Shown here one piece after another: positions 49,182-58,755 of a DNA stretch of 64,000 nucleotides. The DNA comes from an uncultured virus (IMG/VR IMGVR_UViG_3300020460_001009) (Duplodnaviria > Heunggongvirae > Uroviricota > Caudoviricetes). Within the stretch, counting starts at the first letter, position 1. Every line of letters starts with the position of its first letter. Both the position numbers and the translations under genes were made by a program. A model generated the notes under the pieces. It was not told the DNA's origin. It saw only the letters and a list, made by a program, of their open reading frames with translations, and did not search any database. The stretch lies in IMG/VR virus record IMGVR_UViG_3300020460_001009; one strand, written 5' to 3'.

Positions 49182-50474
49182 TCACATTTCGTAAGTTTCA
49201 CCGAAGAACGTACATATGTGTGGGTCGCATCCCCCACTTGCAAATCCAGGACTTGTTTTGGGACAGTCACAGGGTTCCGCGGACATGGCCTCAGGGCAAA
49301 GTTCGATTTCACCGGTCTTGTGCCCCTCCTTTGCCTTATCACTTGGATTGCATGGATCATAACAGTCCTCTGGTGGTGGTGGTTCGGGTGGTGGTGGTCC
49401 CTGACACTGTATAACCTGACCACACAAATCTTCCGTTTCCGTGGAAGTGGGTACCGTCATTTGGCACACCGGCATACTTGATGCCAAGTTTATTTCAGGC
49501 AATCCCATTACAAATCGGGCGATATTCAAATCTTCAGTTGCAGATGTAGTTGGTATTGGATAAAGCACATCCTCTCCACATCCGACCCCCAGTGGGTCCA
49601 ACTCATGGTCGATAGGAATCTGAGTCTCAGTTGACTCACCCAACGAAGGTAACTCTGGTGTTGTTTCACAAGTTGGGTTTGGCCAGCAACAACCATATGG
49701 GTCTAGATATGAAGTTCCATATTTTGCAGCCAAAACATACCCATTCGAATCATATGCTCCTATGGCTTCAAGTAGGCCTACATTTGGGCCTTCTTCTTCA
49801 TATCTACCATTATTCCACAATGCTTCCAAAATTTTCCTCTGGTCTCCACATGACCACGAATACTGACTTAGCCCCTTCATTTGAGTTGGGCAATCAGGTA
49901 CACATCTTGGTTCAAGGTCAGTTTCCACAGGGTCTCCATGAGATTCACACTCAGTTGCGTCATCACCACCCGTGAACTGTTCACTCGTTTTCATGAATGT
50001 CGCACATTTTCCTGTTGTTATATCTATATAATTTTTGCGTGGACAACAATCCCAAACACTCAGATTTCCATCCTCCGTGGTCTCGTAATATGGTTCAGTG
50101 TCATCATCATGTGGAGTCAAGTCAATTTCTCCAAATTTGTGAGTAACCCCGTGGTCATCATCCCATGTATATCTTGGCCATGGGTGACTGCCATCAGTAT
50201 ATGGGTCATCTAGGTCTGTAATGGTTTTGGACTCTACGGAAGTTATATGAATCTTAAAGCATTGTCCTTTAATATCAGTAGGAAATGGAGAAAACGCAGA
50301 AGTTTCTATATCATACCGTTCACTTCCAGCTGCTCGATAAGTTCCGGGTGAAAACTCGTCTGTTGATACCCATGTAGTGTCTACCCCCTCAGTATTCCAA
50401 GTGGGTTTCCGTTCACCACATTTTTCAATCGTATAGATTGTAATACTATGTGTATAATAAGTTATATCTGCCAT
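49182..50474 (-). CDS. Cys-rich protein with DPH-YEM tail
   Basis: 430 aa; ends GCDPHICTFFGETYEM; GGGAGA RBS. Confidence 0.75.
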   Translation of the reverse strand: MADITYYTHSITIYTIEKCGERKPTWNTEGVDTTWVSTDEFSPGTYRAAGSERYDIETSAFSPFPTDIKGQCFKIHITSVESKTITDLDDPYTDGSHPWPRYTWDDDHGVTHKFGEIDLTPHDDDTEPYYETTEDGNLSVWDCCPRKNYIDITTGKCATFMKTSEQFTGGDDATECESHGDPVETDLEPRCVPDCPTQMKGLSQYSWSCGDQRKILEALWNNGRYEEEGPNVGLLEAIGAYDSNGYVLAAKYGTSYLDPYGCCWPNPTCETTPELPSLGESTETQIPIDHELDPLGVGCGEDVLYPIPTTSATEDLNIARFVMGLPEINLASSMPVCQMTVPTSTETEDLCGQVIQCQGPPPPEPPPPEDCYDPCNPSDKAKEGHKTGEIELCPEAMSAEPCDCPKTSPGFASGGCDPHICTFFGETYEM

Positions 50475-50504
50475 ATTTTAATCTCCCATTTATTTCATCA
50501 TCAA

Positions 50505-50552
50505 GTGGATTTCCCACTTATTATAAATACTCTATATACAAAGTTTTTATAA
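50505..50552 (-). promoter_or_regulatory. shared upstream element, copy 2
   Basis: TTATAAAAACTTTGTATATAGAGTATTTATAATAAGTGGGAAATCCAC. Confidence 0.8.
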
Positions 50553-50555
50553 AAA

Positions 50556-52187
50556 TTACATTTCATATTTTTCACCGAAGAAGGTGCATACGTGTGGGTC
50601 ACCACAACATTCCCCAAGGTTATTGGTCATTGAATCTTTCACATCATCATAAACATACTCTTCCCAATCGTTTTCGTTTGTTTGACTTTGTTCGTCGTAA
50701 TTTTCAAAACAACAATCTTCATTCCTCGGATAAAACGATGGCAAAAGTTCGTCAGCAGATGCTTTTATCAGAATAATACGTGGACCACACTCGTCTTCCG
50801 ACTGATTATCACATAATTTATATGTGTGGTATACTTGGTCTGCCGGCTCGAACAATACCGATGATGTGCCGAAGGTTGCTGGTTTATCAATTTCCACCAG
50901 TACCACATTCGGTGAATCACCATCTTGTATCCCTATCTCTCCCGCAGGATTATCCGAACCAGAGGTAACCGAGACAACGGTTCGGTTCTCGGATATATTT
51001 GTATATGGTGACAATATTGCAGTTGCACCCTCGATTGCTCCGTCTGGAATAGACTCTGATGTAAAACTCATGGTGGTGCTTCCTGCTTCAACAATTTTAG
51101 CTCCATCAAGGACTAGTGTTGAAATCGGTGAACAATCACACGCAGACGGATTCCATGTGCTACCGGGACCACAATCTATTTGTCCTGAATAAGCATTTGC
51201 GAAACACTCACATTCACACGTAGACTCGTTCCACATGGAAGAATCCTTTCGGTTGCAGTTATATATTTCCCAATTTGAGTTCGGACACTCACAAGAACAT
51301 TGTCCAGGAACATCTGGGTTGGTGACCATCTTCTTGACGTCACCACACGCAACATCATTACACTCACATTGACAAGTTTCTTCATTAAAGGTCTGTGGAC
51401 TTGGGCAAGTTGTTCCCGAGTTCATACAAATACCCTCACAAGTATCCGCATTCCACCGACCCATATCCAACGATGTCCACTTCTCCGCCTCTTCTTGGTC
51501 TGGACATAGACATAAACACTGACCATTTTCGGTTAGAGTTGTGACTCGATTTCCGGTACATTCCAAGTCTTTACATACACAATCGCACTCCTCGTTGATT
51601 TCCATCATTCCGTTGTTACACGTCCAATTTGAGTCATGCTCAAGGGATATACAATCACACGAACACGTGCCCGGAATAAAATATTTTCCTTCATGTTGGG
51701 ATTCACACTCATCAATAGCAACTGACATCAGTTTGCCACCACATCCACATCCACATCCATCTTCTCCTTGAACTGCGGTTTGGTCGTCAGTGCATTCCAA
51801 CGCATCTTCGTCACATACGCATTTACAGGTGTCGGGGTCTTGTCCATCATACCCATTTTTCATATTAGGTGGGCATTTATCCGTGTCACCAGGAGACCCC
51901 AACATACATTCACAGGTACAAGTTTCCTCATCCCAATGTGTTATAGACTCTGCATCGCCTCCAGTTGCACACTTGGTTGCAAGGTCTGAGTCTGGACACG
52001 CACATATACATCCACCTGAATCACCGTGCATCCACGTTTCAACTCTTGGTTGATTGCATCCTTGTGTCGCACAGTGACACGAACATTCACCTTCGTTCGT
52101 ATTTGTTCCCTCGGGACATTCGTCCACGGTTTTTCCATATAAAGTGTAAGACGTACAGCCTTCGTTCAGTGTTTCAGAATCATCCAT
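50556..52187 (-). CDS. CXCXC-repeat Cys-rich protein with DPH-YEM tail
   Basis: about 13 CxCxC units; ends CCGDPHVCTFFGEKYEM; GGGAGA RBS before ATG 52187. Confidence 0.8.
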   Translation of the reverse strand: MDDSETLNEGCTSYTLYGKTVDECPEGTNTNEGECSCHCATQGCNQPRVETWMHGDSGGCICACPDSDLATKCATGGDAESITHWDEETCTCECMLGSPGDTDKCPPNMKNGYDGQDPDTCKCVCDEDALECTDDQTAVQGEDGCGCGCGGKLMSVAIDECESQHEGKYFIPGTCSCDCISLEHDSNWTCNNGMMEINEECDCVCKDLECTGNRVTTLTENGQCLCLCPDQEEAEKWTSLDMGRWNADTCEGICMNSGTTCPSPQTFNEETCQCECNDVACGDVKKMVTNPDVPGQCSCECPNSNWEIYNCNRKDSSMWNESTCECECFANAYSGQIDCGPGSTWNPSACDCSPISTLVLDGAKIVEAGSTTMSFTSESIPDGAIEGATAILSPYTNISENRTVVSVTSGSDNPAGEIGIQDGDSPNVVLVEIDKPATFGTSSVLFEPADQVYHTYKLCDNQSEDECGPRIILIKASADELLPSFYPRNEDCCFENYDEQSQTNENDWEEYVYDDVKDSMTNNLGECCGDPHVCTFFGEKYEM

Positions 52188-52215
52188 TTTCAAATCTCCC
52201 ATTACCATTAAATTC

Positions 52216-52265
52216 GTGAGAATCTCCCACTTATTATAACTATTCTATATACAGAGTTTTTATAA
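52216..52265 (-). promoter_or_regulatory. shared upstream element, copy 3
   Basis: TTATAAAAACTCTGTATATAGAATAGTTATAATAAGTGGGAGATTCTCAC. Confidence 0.8.
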
Positions 52266-52319
52266 CAATTAGAAATTCATCAAGTTCAGATAATCAGATG
52301 AAATCTGGTCTGTGATATC

Positions 52320-52739
52320 TCAAAAGAAATCACGATATTTAGGTACGTCAACATCCTCAACATCAAATTCCTGCGATGTACCATCGTCCCCATTTACGGA
52401 TATTGTATTTGGCATCTCCAACGGGTCTACGTCCTTCGCAGACGCATATTGTTGCCATGTCGGTGGAATTTTAAGTTTTTCTTGAGCAGACCTTCTGTAA
52501 ATCCCAGGATCTAAATTAAATGAAGTCAAGTCATCGAAATTACCACCCCATATATCATCTGCTTGTGGAAATTGTGTCTGCTCATATCCTCCACTAGTAA
52601 ACCACGCATCGGCATATCCTGCTCGTTCCACTCCAAGTTTTCTTACCTTACCCGCACTCAAAAAATTTCCGAAATCGGGTTCGGTGTCGGTTGACGAAGA
52701 AACTCCGGCACTACTAACTTCATTTATAGATACACTCAC
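52320..52739 (-). CDS. hypothetical protein
   Basis: 139 aa, GTG start directly after TATTTAT. Confidence 0.6.
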   Translation of the reverse strand: MSVSINEVSSAGVSSSTDTEPDFGNFLSAGKVRKLGVERAGYADAWFTSGGYEQTQFPQADDIWGGNFDDLTSFNLDPGIYRRSAQEKLKIPPTWQQYASAKDVDPLEMPNTISVNGDDGTSQEFDVEDVDVPKYRDFF

Positions 52740-52750
52740 ATAAATATATA

Positions 52751-54412
52751 TTACTCTGACCCATAAATACCACGAACATTCGACCGAATTCCATAGTATC
52801 CACCATTTGCTTTGTGCTTTTTACGATATAAATTGTGATGACACTTGAGTTTATTGATACGATTCATCTCAACCCAACCCATTTCCTTGTGCTCATCTTT
52901 TTGATTTGCCATGCTCAATTCCTTGCCACCTTCGTTTGCAATTGCTTGATTGAAGTCCGCATCAGTTGGATTGACATACTCACAACCCGTTGCTTCCGCA
53001 CGTTTTATGATGTCCCAATCCTGATATCCCATCGGTAGCAACGATTGGTCATAACCTCCAATTTCATTGAACTTTTCCTTGGTCAACGCAATTCTTCCGA
53101 AGTTTCCGTTCTGTGGATTCCAATCAAATTGATGAACCACACAGTTGTAGTCGGCCTGCTCAAACTGAGTAATAACAAATCTTCCTCCACGATATCCCGT
53201 GAAGTTGTCGCAGTCCAACGTCACCACAATTCTACCAGTTGCTTGGTGCGTTGCGGTGTTTTTGCCGATACTGGCGTGCCATTGGTCAAGTGTATCCGTT
53301 TCAAAATAACGCAGATAACCGCATTTGGTATATTTTTCAAGGTCTTGTTCACGAATCCACTCACGAAATCCGTCTTTGCTATTCACGTCCATCAATACGA
53401 ACTCTACATCATCTCGGTCTTCCCAATTATCCTCAAGATTCTTTATCAAAGTTTGTTCAATCTGATGTTTTCTGTTCATTAATGCCATGACGAAAGTCAA
53501 TTTCTTGTCACCACAGGAAACATTTTCAATATCCTTCGTTGGTTCTATAAAATAGTCATAATCCGAAATCGGATCGTATACCGCATCACCGTTCAATTCG
53601 ATAGTTTGCATAAAATTAGGCAAGTCTTCCCTAGTTCGTTCATATACCTTAATAGATACATCTGGATCATTCTTTTTATCTGCATATAAATGTGTGTATT
53701 TTATATCACTTGCATCTAAAGCAAACACTTCTTTATTTTGCATATCAAGTTTTGCCCCACAATACCACAAATCAAATATTTTATGCGTATTTCCATATCT
53801 AAGTTCCGCATCTTCTTTGTTGAATAACTTCAAGTTATCTTCATTTTCCACCATACGAATCACCTCAGTGGCATGTTCAGTAATGAACTTCAAATCATTT
53901 CCACCATATATTCCCTTGCTTGGTATTTCAAATTTACCTTTGTTTGCAAAACGGTACCAACGAGGTCGTACAACCATGCTATCGGAATCCATGTGGCCAA
54001 TCTCGTCCAAATATTGCGGTGGTGTTGTATGCATACCCTCCACAATCACATCTGCGTTTAAAAACGCATCAGTAGGTGAGTCCCATAAATAAAAATCATT
54101 TTCCATGAGTACAAATGGTTCTTCCATTTTTTCACAAGCAACTGCCTTGGCAACCGACCAAAAATAAGAAGGTATGTTTTTTTCATTCAATTGCTCAATG
54201 TCATCTCGGACATCATCAAATTCAACAACTCCGCATATTTGTGAAATTGCTTCGTGGTCACCATAAAATACAATTTTGTCAAAATATTTTTTTGATTGCT
54301 CCACCGCAAGTTTCATCGACACACGCAAATCATTCTTTCGTTGAAAATTACTATAAGAGTCCTTTTCCAAAAAAGGCCTCGCCCAATAAGCATACACCGC
54401 AGTTCTAATCAT
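52751..54412 (-). CDS. two-domain glycosyltransferase-like protein (N-terminal GT-A-like, C-terminal GT2/GT7-like)
   Basis: FWSVAK...EPFVLMEND; LMNR, LDCDN, IGGYDQ..MGYQD. Confidence 0.8.
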   Translation of the reverse strand: MIRTAVYAYWARPFLEKDSYSNFQRKNDLRVSMKLAVEQSKKYFDKIVFYGDHEAISQICGVVEFDDVRDDIEQLNEKNIPSYFWSVAKAVACEKMEEPFVLMENDFYLWDSPTDAFLNADVIVEGMHTTPPQYLDEIGHMDSDSMVVRPRWYRFANKGKFEIPSKGIYGGNDLKFITEHATEVIRMVENEDNLKLFNKEDAELRYGNTHKIFDLWYCGAKLDMQNKEVFALDASDIKYTHLYADKKNDPDVSIKVYERTREDLPNFMQTIELNGDAVYDPISDYDYFIEPTKDIENVSCGDKKLTFVMALMNRKHQIEQTLIKNLEDNWEDRDDVEFVLMDVNSKDGFREWIREQDLEKYTKCGYLRYFETDTLDQWHASIGKNTATHQATGRIVVTLDCDNFTGYRGGRFVITQFEQADYNCVVHQFDWNPQNGNFGRIALTKEKFNEIGGYDQSLLPMGYQDWDIIKRAEATGCEYVNPTDADFNQAIANEGGKELSMANQKDEHKEMGWVEMNRINKLKCHHNLYRKKHKANGGYYGIRSNVRGIYGSE

Positions 54413-54432
54413 CGCAATTATAAATATAATAA

Positions 54433-55110
54433 TTAAAGAGTTTTTTCAAGATTACGAAGTCCAAGAAAGTGTTTTTTGAAATGCCCCTGAAATCCACTTA
54501 CATCCCTACAACGTGTTGGTAAAGTTTTCCAATTCTCACGATAACTTTTCTTAGGATGTGTTGGTTTAAACGAATCCATGAAACTCGTATCATCATCCGC
54601 ACCTGTTACCGATTGCTCATCGTACCATCTTCTTTTATCCGAGTGCCACATTTGAAAGTACCCAATTGCACCCATTTCACCAATCTGCTGAATAATTTTC
54701 TTACCAGTTATTTTATTTGTAATGGTTTTTTGCAGTTTTTGTACTAACAAGTTTCCGTCATTGGTTTCTCTATACATTCCGTATAAAGCATTCTTGTTAT
54801 CACAAAAAAAATTAACTTCTTCATTGAAATTATCAGCAAGTTTAATATCAGCATCTATATGAACCAACCAATCGTCTTTGTCGCATAATTTAAGTGCATC
54901 ATTGATTGCTCTGCCTTTTGCAAAACTCGCATCGGCAAATACCCGTTCACTGCATACATACTCAATGCCGTTGTCTTCACACAATTTTATTGTATCTAAA
55001 TCAGTTTCGTGTGTTGCTATTATCCAACGATCAAATTTATTTTTATTACTTAATACCCGTTTCAGATAATGTGAATAATCAATTGATACAGTTACTGCTT
55101 CTATTTTCAT
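54433..55110 (-). CDS. glycosyltransferase (GT-A fold)
   Basis: FAKGRAIN, WLVHIDADI, IGYFQMW. Confidence 0.7.
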   Translation of the reverse strand: MKIEAVTVSIDYSHYLKRVLSNKNKFDRWIIATHETDLDTIKLCEDNGIEYVCSERVFADASFAKGRAINDALKLCDKDDWLVHIDADIKLADNFNEEVNFFCDNKNALYGMYRETNDGNLLVQKLQKTITNKITGKKIIQQIGEMGAIGYFQMWHSDKRRWYDEQSVTGADDDTSFMDSFKPTHPKKSYRENWKTLPTRCRDVSGFQGHFKKHFLGLRNLEKTL

Positions 55111-55927
55111 TTTTAAATTCTCTAACTTTATTTGAATCTGCGAGGTTATTACGTGCCAACCAATTAAACATACTTTGATTGCATATTAGTGAAGAGCATT
55201 GTGATAATAAATACATATCCACATATGCTTCGTATAATAAATCAACAGAATCAACACTATCATGAAATTCAATTGAATTTGATTTCGGTATATGTCTTAT
55301 GTGACCCGGACCACATCCCTCGGGCATATGTATGCGTTCCATAGTTTTTACACGATTTCCAAACTCAGTCGTACATCTGTCTATAAATTTCTTTGAATCC
55401 GAACTGATAAAAAAATTCACATTCTTTCGTTGCCCCATCTCATCAACAAAACAATTTTCATCAACAATTCTGTATTTTATACTTGTAGGAAGATCGTGGA
55501 GTTTTCTAGTCTGCTCTCCATTGCCAAGTCTTGCGTGTATCCCCACACATTCACCGATTTCGTAATTTAACTTTGGAGGATTTTTTAATTTCATTAACAA
55601 ATATGGTTCAACATTACCCCACCAAGGAAATTTTTTACCAGGATTCCTTTTCTTCCAAATGTCGGCCAAAAAATTGGTATTAATGATATACCTGCACCTA
55701 TTTTCTTTAACTATTAAATCAATTTCATGTGGGTCGACTATTGTCTGTGGATGAAACTCAAATAAACTTGATATTTTTCGAAAATTAAAATCATTGTTAT
55801 TTCTGAAAAACTGCCATTTTCTAATATCAAATATAAACCTATCATCCAATCCTTGGCCGATGACACCCTTGGCAAACAATGCCATCTGCGTTCCAAGTCC
55901 ATCTTTTCGTTGTATATTGTATATCAT
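55079..55927 (-). CDS. NodZ/GT23-like fucosyltransferase
   Basis: DGLG, VGIHARLGNGE, FISSDS, AYVDMYLLSQC...SMF. Confidence 0.7.
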   Translation of the reverse strand: MIYNIQRKDGLGTQMALFAKGVIGQGLDDRFIFDIRKWQFFRNNNDFNFRKISSLFEFHPQTIVDPHEIDLIVKENRCRYIINTNFLADIWKKRNPGKKFPWWGNVEPYLLMKLKNPPKLNYEIGECVGIHARLGNGEQTRKLHDLPTSIKYRIVDENCFVDEMGQRKNVNFFISSDSKKFIDRCTTEFGNRVKTMERIHMPEGCGPGHIRHIPKSNSIEFHDSVDSVDLLYEAYVDMYLLSQCSSLICNQSMFNWLARNNLADSNKVREFKNENRSSNCIN

Positions 55928-56604
55928 CGCAATTCGTTAATCACTTTATGATTGTGGTGTATGATGACCGAATCAGTTCTTCTATAGTTCCGGTGGTTAT
56001 ATTTGTTAGGTAATTCGTAAAATCTTAAATTTGAAAAATATAACAGATAACGAAATGCTCCTTGATCCCTGTGACTTTTATATTTGCTCAAATAAAACTT
56101 CAACCATGATTTAAAGAAAACTTTTGTTTTTTCATTTTTTCTAAAGTACAAAACTCCGGTATTTATCTCAGAAAAATCGTCAGGTATGTTTTGCAATGTA
56201 CTTATGGTTTTGATTTCAAGTGAACTCTCTGCGAGATGGACTCCACACCTCACCGCAAGTATATCGAAATAGTCTAACATTTGAAATGGTATTTGAAATG
56301 CTTCTTGTTTTAAAACCAATGTATCATTATCCAAAAATAAAAATTTTTCATAATCCAACTCTTCCATTGCCTTTATCATACCCACAAGTTTAAATTCATG
56401 ATCCTTTTCGTTCTTATGTTCATCTATAATTATTTTTTTTACGAAAGACAAATCCACATCACACTTCCGATCCGTATGAAAAATTAAATCAAAGTTCTTT
56501 GGCATAATTTTTGCGAGATTTCTCATACTTTTTATTGCATCTTTAATATGCTTCTCTTTGTATGCCGAATATATTATACAATTTTTATTCAAAACAACCT
56601 CCAA
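55924..56604 (-). CDS. nucleotide-diphospho-sugar transferase (GT8/GT77-like)
   Basis: LFLDNDT, INTGVLYF, RDQGAFR, LP..YN. Confidence 0.75.
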   Translation of the reverse strand: MEVVLNKNCIIYSAYKEKHIKDAIKSMRNLAKIMPKNFDLIFHTDRKCDVDLSFVKKIIIDEHKNEKDHEFKLVGMIKAMEELDYEKFLFLDNDTLVLKQEAFQIPFQMLDYFDILAVRCGVHLAESSLEIKTISTLQNIPDDFSEINTGVLYFRKNEKTKVFFKSWLKFYLSKYKSHRDQGAFRYLLYFSNLRFYELPNKYNHRNYRRTDSVIIHHNHKVINELR

Positions 56605-57343
56605 CTCTTACATCTGAAATCATTTTGCCAAACCCACTTGCCTTAAAACCATCCTCAAAAATTAGATTGTCTGATTTACACAATTTCAGAAAATCTTCAT
56701 CAACGATTTCAAAAGAATAGTCATCAATTTCATCACACCGTTCTGCACTCGAATTCACCTCCAAATCAACCGAGATACCTGGAAACTTTTCTTGTATTTT
56801 TCTATACAAGACTCCCATTAACTCGTAGTTAGTTAGTTCGTCCTGTTGATTGTACATCCAATCGTTGTTCCATGCAGTGTTGCCAAAATGCATAGCAGTG
56901 ATGAAACTTATTTTTTTTATCATACTATTCTTTTTAAGAAACTCTTCGATCTTAGATATTAACATTTTATGATTAAATAAATATAGGCCTTCCAATCTTG
57001 CACCGACTTCATGTATTCTATCACTTTTTGCTCTATGTATCTGTATTTGAACTATGTCACCAGTTCTAATATTAATATACAACGTATCACTCCTTGATTC
57101 GATTTCCGATTTTTTTTCCATAAAGTCATTTACAACTTCACGGAATAGTTTCCTATCGTAGTTATTTTTTTGCATTGGGTTTTTTAAATTACTAAAATAA
57201 GAGTTGAGTAGTGATCCACTAAATCGTGGGTCGTTGAGAATATGCTTTCTACAGTGTTTGACATTTCCCGAAACCGCATCACCATATCTATAATAATAAT
57301 TCGAGTGCAACACATTTATTTTAAATGGAAATATTTCTTTCAT
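56585..57343 (-). CDS. hypothetical, possible fucosyltransferase-like GT-B
   Basis: YRYGD, INIRTGD, DEDF..LC.S...SGF. Confidence 0.5.
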   Translation of the reverse strand: MKEIFPFKINVLHSNYYYRYGDAVSGNVKHCRKHILNDPRFSGSLLNSYFSNLKNPMQKNNYDRKLFREVVNDFMEKKSEIESRSDTLYINIRTGDIVQIQIHRAKSDRIHEVGARLEGLYLFNHKMLISKIEEFLKKNSMIKKISFITAMHFGNTAWNNDWMYNQQDELTNYELMGVLYRKIQEKFPGISVDLEVNSSAERCDEIDDYSFEIVDEDFLKLCKSDNLIFEDGFKASGFGKMISDVRVGGCFE

Positions 57344-57365
57344 AATTTATCACTCATTGATTCCA

Positions 57366-58136
57366 TTACCTTCGTCGAAAAGGCCAATGGCTTGAAATAT
57401 AATCAAATTGGTATCTGCTTAAATCCGATATTCCCGACAACTTAAAATGACCACCCTGCTTCCACTCTAATTTCCTGAGTTTTATTCGTTTTCTGTGATA
57501 TATCATCATATAATTAAAATACATTTCGTATTCCGATGCTCCACTTTTTAACTTCGGATTTACACTTTCGAGAAACATTGTGTAAAATTTTTTATTAAAT
57601 TTACTCTCGACCTTATTTATTATCTCTTTAACGTATTTTGTTTCAAACATCATATGGTGACATATTCCAGATATTTTTTCATCAAATCTTTTCAACCCTA
57701 TTTCAAACTTTTCCAAAAACACAAAGTACTCATCGTAATATTGAGTTCCAGTATTATACAAACAAGTATCATTTTCTATAAAATTAGTTGGTTTTAAGAA
57801 AAAGGTATCGGCATCAATTACCAAGTATCTTTCAAGAATATTTGGAATGTAAATACCAGCATATAATTTAAGTAATTGTTGCAAATACCATCCGTGACGA
57901 TTTCGTTTTCCCTGAAACAAATTATACTTCATTATGTCATGTATAGTAAATGGGAACACATTCTCGTGTATTGTAGTACACCCCTTAATTTTTAAACTCT
58001 CACAACGTGTTACCAAGTAAATATTTCGGTATCCTATAATATTTTTTTTTGTACAGATAACTTGCTCCTTTATGATTTCCATGTCATTTGGACCTACATT
58101 AATTACCACGTCAAATTTTTTATTCTGCGAATTCAT
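57366..58136 (-). CDS. glycosyltransferase-like protein
   Basis: GWYLQQLLKL, YLVIDADT, SEYEMY; start reassigned to 58136. Confidence 0.7.
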   Translation of the reverse strand: MNSQNKKFDVVINVGPNDMEIIKEQVICTKKNIIGYRNIYLVTRCESLKIKGCTTIHENVFPFTIHDIMKYNLFQGKRNRHGWYLQQLLKLYAGIYIPNILERYLVIDADTFFLKPTNFIENDTCLYNTGTQYYDEYFVFLEKFEIGLKRFDEKISGICHHMMFETKYVKEIINKVESKFNKKFYTMFLESVNPKLKSGASEYEMYFNYMMIYHRKRIKLRKLEWKQGGHFKLSGISDLSRYQFDYISSHWPFRRR

Positions 58137-58752
58137 AATTAAAATACTCAATGTCTTTTGCGTATTTTTCCGCAACAATTTGCCTTGTCTCATCATCGTA
58201 GTATTCGGTGTAATGTTTGTGTTTTGATTTGTTTACGTATGGAAGTTGTTGTTTTGGAATTCCAATTTTATCACAAACTACATCAAAGTCTTGTTGTAGA
58301 TTTTCAAACCTTATGTAAAAATCAAATGCCAAGGAATTGTTATTATCAACAAAATAATTGTAAAACGAGTTTAATGGTTTATCTCCGATGAACTTTAAAA
58401 ACTTTGTTTTTGAAAATAGAGCATTTCGTCCACATTTCCAAAAATAGTATGAGATCGCACGATCCCACGGATTTCTAATATTGCCGAATTTAAAATAATC
58501 GTCCATGTCTCCAAGGCAACTCACCCACATTCTACCATAATCACGAAACATGGTATGTTTTGTGACTTTAAAACCCTTTAGTTTAAAGGGAACTGCGTTT
58601 GCGATTGGACCATCCATCAAATCTTTATTTTTCGTATCAAGTTGCTCTTTCGTAGCATTGTTTGAAGAAAATGGAATTAAAGCCCCCTCTATACTTGTAC
58701 CGGCAGTCTTCGGAGCATGAATAAAAATAAATTTATGTTTCTGACTTATCAT
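58120..58752 (-). CDS. sulfotransferase (Sulfotransfer_2 family)
   Basis: HAPKTAGTSI, IRNPWDRAIS, IRFENL. Confidence 0.85.
   Translation of the reverse strand: MISQKHKFIFIHAPKTAGTSIEGALIPFSSNNATKEQLDTKNKDLMDGPIANAVPFKLKGFKVTKHTMFRDYGRMWVSCLGDMDDYFKFGNIRNPWDRAISYYFWKCGRNALFSKTKFLKFIGDKPLNSFYNYFVDNNNSLAFDFYIRFENLQQDFDVVCDKIGIPKQQLPYVNKSKHKHYTEYYDDETRQIVAEKYAKDIEYFNYEFAE
58141..58269. repeat. 129 bp direct repeat, copy 2
   Basis: matches 32485-32613 with one mismatch. Confidence 0.9.
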
Positions 58753-58755
58753 TCT

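Noticed and set aside
48347..49414. 355 aa + strand ORF and the other + strand ORFs
   Set aside because: They are antisense shadows of well-supported minus-strand genes and have no recognisable motifs.
31644..58196. Shared N-terminal extension 'MMRQGKLLRKNTQ' on the GT25 and 57366 ORFs
   Set aside because: This is an alternative frame of the repeated sulfotransferase 3' end; the real starts are 32480 and 58136.
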